This document shows positions 1-712 of a stretch of DNA of 712 bases, piece by piece. The notes below the pieces were generated by a model, which was not told where the DNA came from, made no database searches, and saw nothing but the letters and a program-made list of their open reading frames with translations. The stretch lies in NCBI RefSeq assembly GCF_003334765.1, contig NZ_QOWT01000105.1, one strand, 5' to 3'. How positions within the stretch are numbered: position 1 is the first letter of the stretch; every line of letters starts with the position of its first letter. The position numbers were made by a program, and so were the translations under genes. Source of the DNA: Escherichia coli. GTDB lineage: Bacteria > Pseudomonadota > Gammaproteobacteria > Enterobacterales > Enterobacteriaceae.

Positions 1-354
1 TACACCGAAATTGATCTGAAGATTTTCCGTCAGTACCTCGCTCCCGCGCTGGGTGTAACTCACCGCTTTGTCGGTACTGAACCCTTTTGTCGCGTTACCG
101 CCCAGTACAACCAGGATATGCGCTACTGGCTGGAAACGCCGACTATCTCCGCACCGCCCATCGAACTGGTTGAAATTGAGCGGCTGCGTTACCAGGAGAT
201 GCCGATATCCGCTTCCCGGGTACGTCAACTGCTGGCGAAAAACGATCTCACGGCTATCGCGCCGCTGGTCCCTGCAGTCACGCTGCATTATTTGCAGAAC
301 CTGCTTGAGCACTCCCGCCAGGACGCGGCAGCTCGTCAAAAGACCCCCGCATGA
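1..354 (+). CDS. citC: [Citrate (pro-3S)-lyase] ligase (citrate lyase synthetase), C-terminal portion; 5'-truncated by window edge
   Basis: Frame +1 is open from base 1 to the TGA at 352-354 (117 codons: YTEIDLKIFRQYLAPALGVTHRFVGTEPFCRVTAQYNQDMRYWLETPTISAPPIELVEIERLRYQEMPISASRVRQLLAKNDLTAIAPLVPAVTLHYLQNLLEHSRQDAAARQKTPA*). The track ORF 118..354 is the same frame starting at an internal Met. The sequence matches my recollection of the E. coli CitC C-terminus, and the gene sits directly upstream of citD as in the cit operon. No start codon is visible because the gene begins upstream of the window. Confidence 0.88.
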   Translation, partial: YTEIDLKIFRQYLAPALGVTHRFVGTEPFCRVTAQYNQDMRYWLETPTISAPPIELVEIERLRYQEMPISASRVRQLLAKNDLTAIAPLVPAVTLHYLQNLLEHSRQDAAARQKTPA

Positions 355-359
355 GAAAC

Positions 360-365
360 AGGTGA
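360..365 (+). promoter_or_regulatory. Putative Shine-Dalgarno (AGGTGA) for citD
   Basis: Purine-rich AGGTGA at 360-365 in the 14-nt citC-citD spacer, 3 nt upstream of the citD ATG at 369. The spacing is shorter than the usual optimum. Confidence 0.5.
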
Positions 366-368
366 AAA

Positions 369-665
369 ATGAAAATAAACCAGCCCGCCGTTGCAGGCAC
401 CCTTGAGTCTGGGGATGTGATGATACGCATCGCCCCACTCGATACGCAGGATATCGACCTGCAAATCAACAGCAGCGTTGAGAAACAGTTTGGCGATGCA
501 ATTCGCACCACCATTCTGGACGTTCTCGCCCGCTACAACGTGCGCGGCGTACAGCTGAATGTCGATGACAAAGGCGCACTGGACTGCATTTTACGTGCAC
601 GACTGGAAGCCCTGCTGGCACGCGCCAGCGGTATCCCGGCTCTGCCATGGGAGGATTGCCAATGA
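369..665 (+). CDS. citD: Citrate lyase acyl carrier protein (gamma subunit), complete
   Basis: ATG at 369 to TGA at 663-665, 98 aa ([98 protein letters not shown]). Length and sequence match my recollection of E. coli CitD, including the conserved Ser14 (codon TCT 408-410) that carries the prosthetic group. It lies between citC and citE as in the canonical operon. Confidence 0.93.
649..654 (+). promoter_or_regulatory. Putative Shine-Dalgarno (GGGAGG) for citE, embedded in the 3' end of citD
   Basis: GGGAGG at 649-654, 7 nt upstream of the citE ATG at 662. This is typical spacing for an internal ribosome-binding site in a translationally coupled gene pair. Confidence 0.6.
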
Positions 666-712
666 TTTCCGCTTCGCTGCAACAACGTAAAACTCGCACC
701 CGCCGCAGCATG
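662..712 (+). CDS. citE: Citrate lyase beta subunit (citryl-ACP lyase), N-terminal 17 codons; 3'-truncated by window edge
   Basis: ATG at 662-664 overlaps the citD stop (ATGA, 662-665). The frame stays open to the window end: [17 protein letters not shown], which matches my recollection of the E. coli CitE N-terminus. Only 51 nt are visible, so the call rests on that match plus conserved gene order. Confidence 0.8.

Noticed and set aside
118-354. 78-aa + strand ORF starting at ATG 118
   Set aside because: This is not an independent gene. It is in the same frame as the open reading frame running from base 1, so the ATG at 118 is an internal methionine of CitC and the track simply reports the first Met in the frame.
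68-406. 112-aa + strand ORF in frame 2 spanning the citC/citD junction
   Set aside because: It lies entirely within the well-supported citC frame and the start of citD. Its translation is Arg/Cys/Ser-rich and low-complexity, typical of an off-frame read through GC-rich coding sequence, and I recognise no protein family in it.
278-514. 78-aa - strand ORF antisense to the citC end and citD start
   Set aside because: It is antisense to two well-supported genes, has no recognisable family, and is of a length commonly produced by chance on the opposite strand of GC-rich coding sequence.
466-711. 81-aa - strand ORF antisense to citD and the citE start
   Set aside because: Same reasoning: it is wholly antisense to citD/citE, its translation is Arg/Cys-rich, and it has no plausible ribosome-binding context. 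Treated as a spurious shadow ORF.
1-712. Possibility that the window encodes a novel or previously undescribed system
   Set aside because: Every base is accounted for by the recognisable citC, citD and citE genes and their 14-nt spacer. There are no repeats, CRISPR-like arrays, mobile-element ends or unexplained ORFs.

Overview
This 712-bp window is fully explained by three co-directional, tightly packed + strand genes of the well-known enterobacterial citrate lyase operon (citCDEFXG type), so I see no evidence of a novel system here. It holds the 3' end of citC (citrate lyase ligase, last 117 codons), the complete citD (98-aa gamma subunit / acyl carrier protein) and the first 17 codons of citE (beta subunit). 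The translated products match what I recall of Escherichia coli CitC, CitD and CitE; this is recognition from memory, not a database search. The genes are separated by 14 nt (citC-citD) and by a 4-nt ATGA stop/start overlap (citD-citE). The other track ORFs (one + strand, two - strand) are overlapping alternative-frame artefacts.
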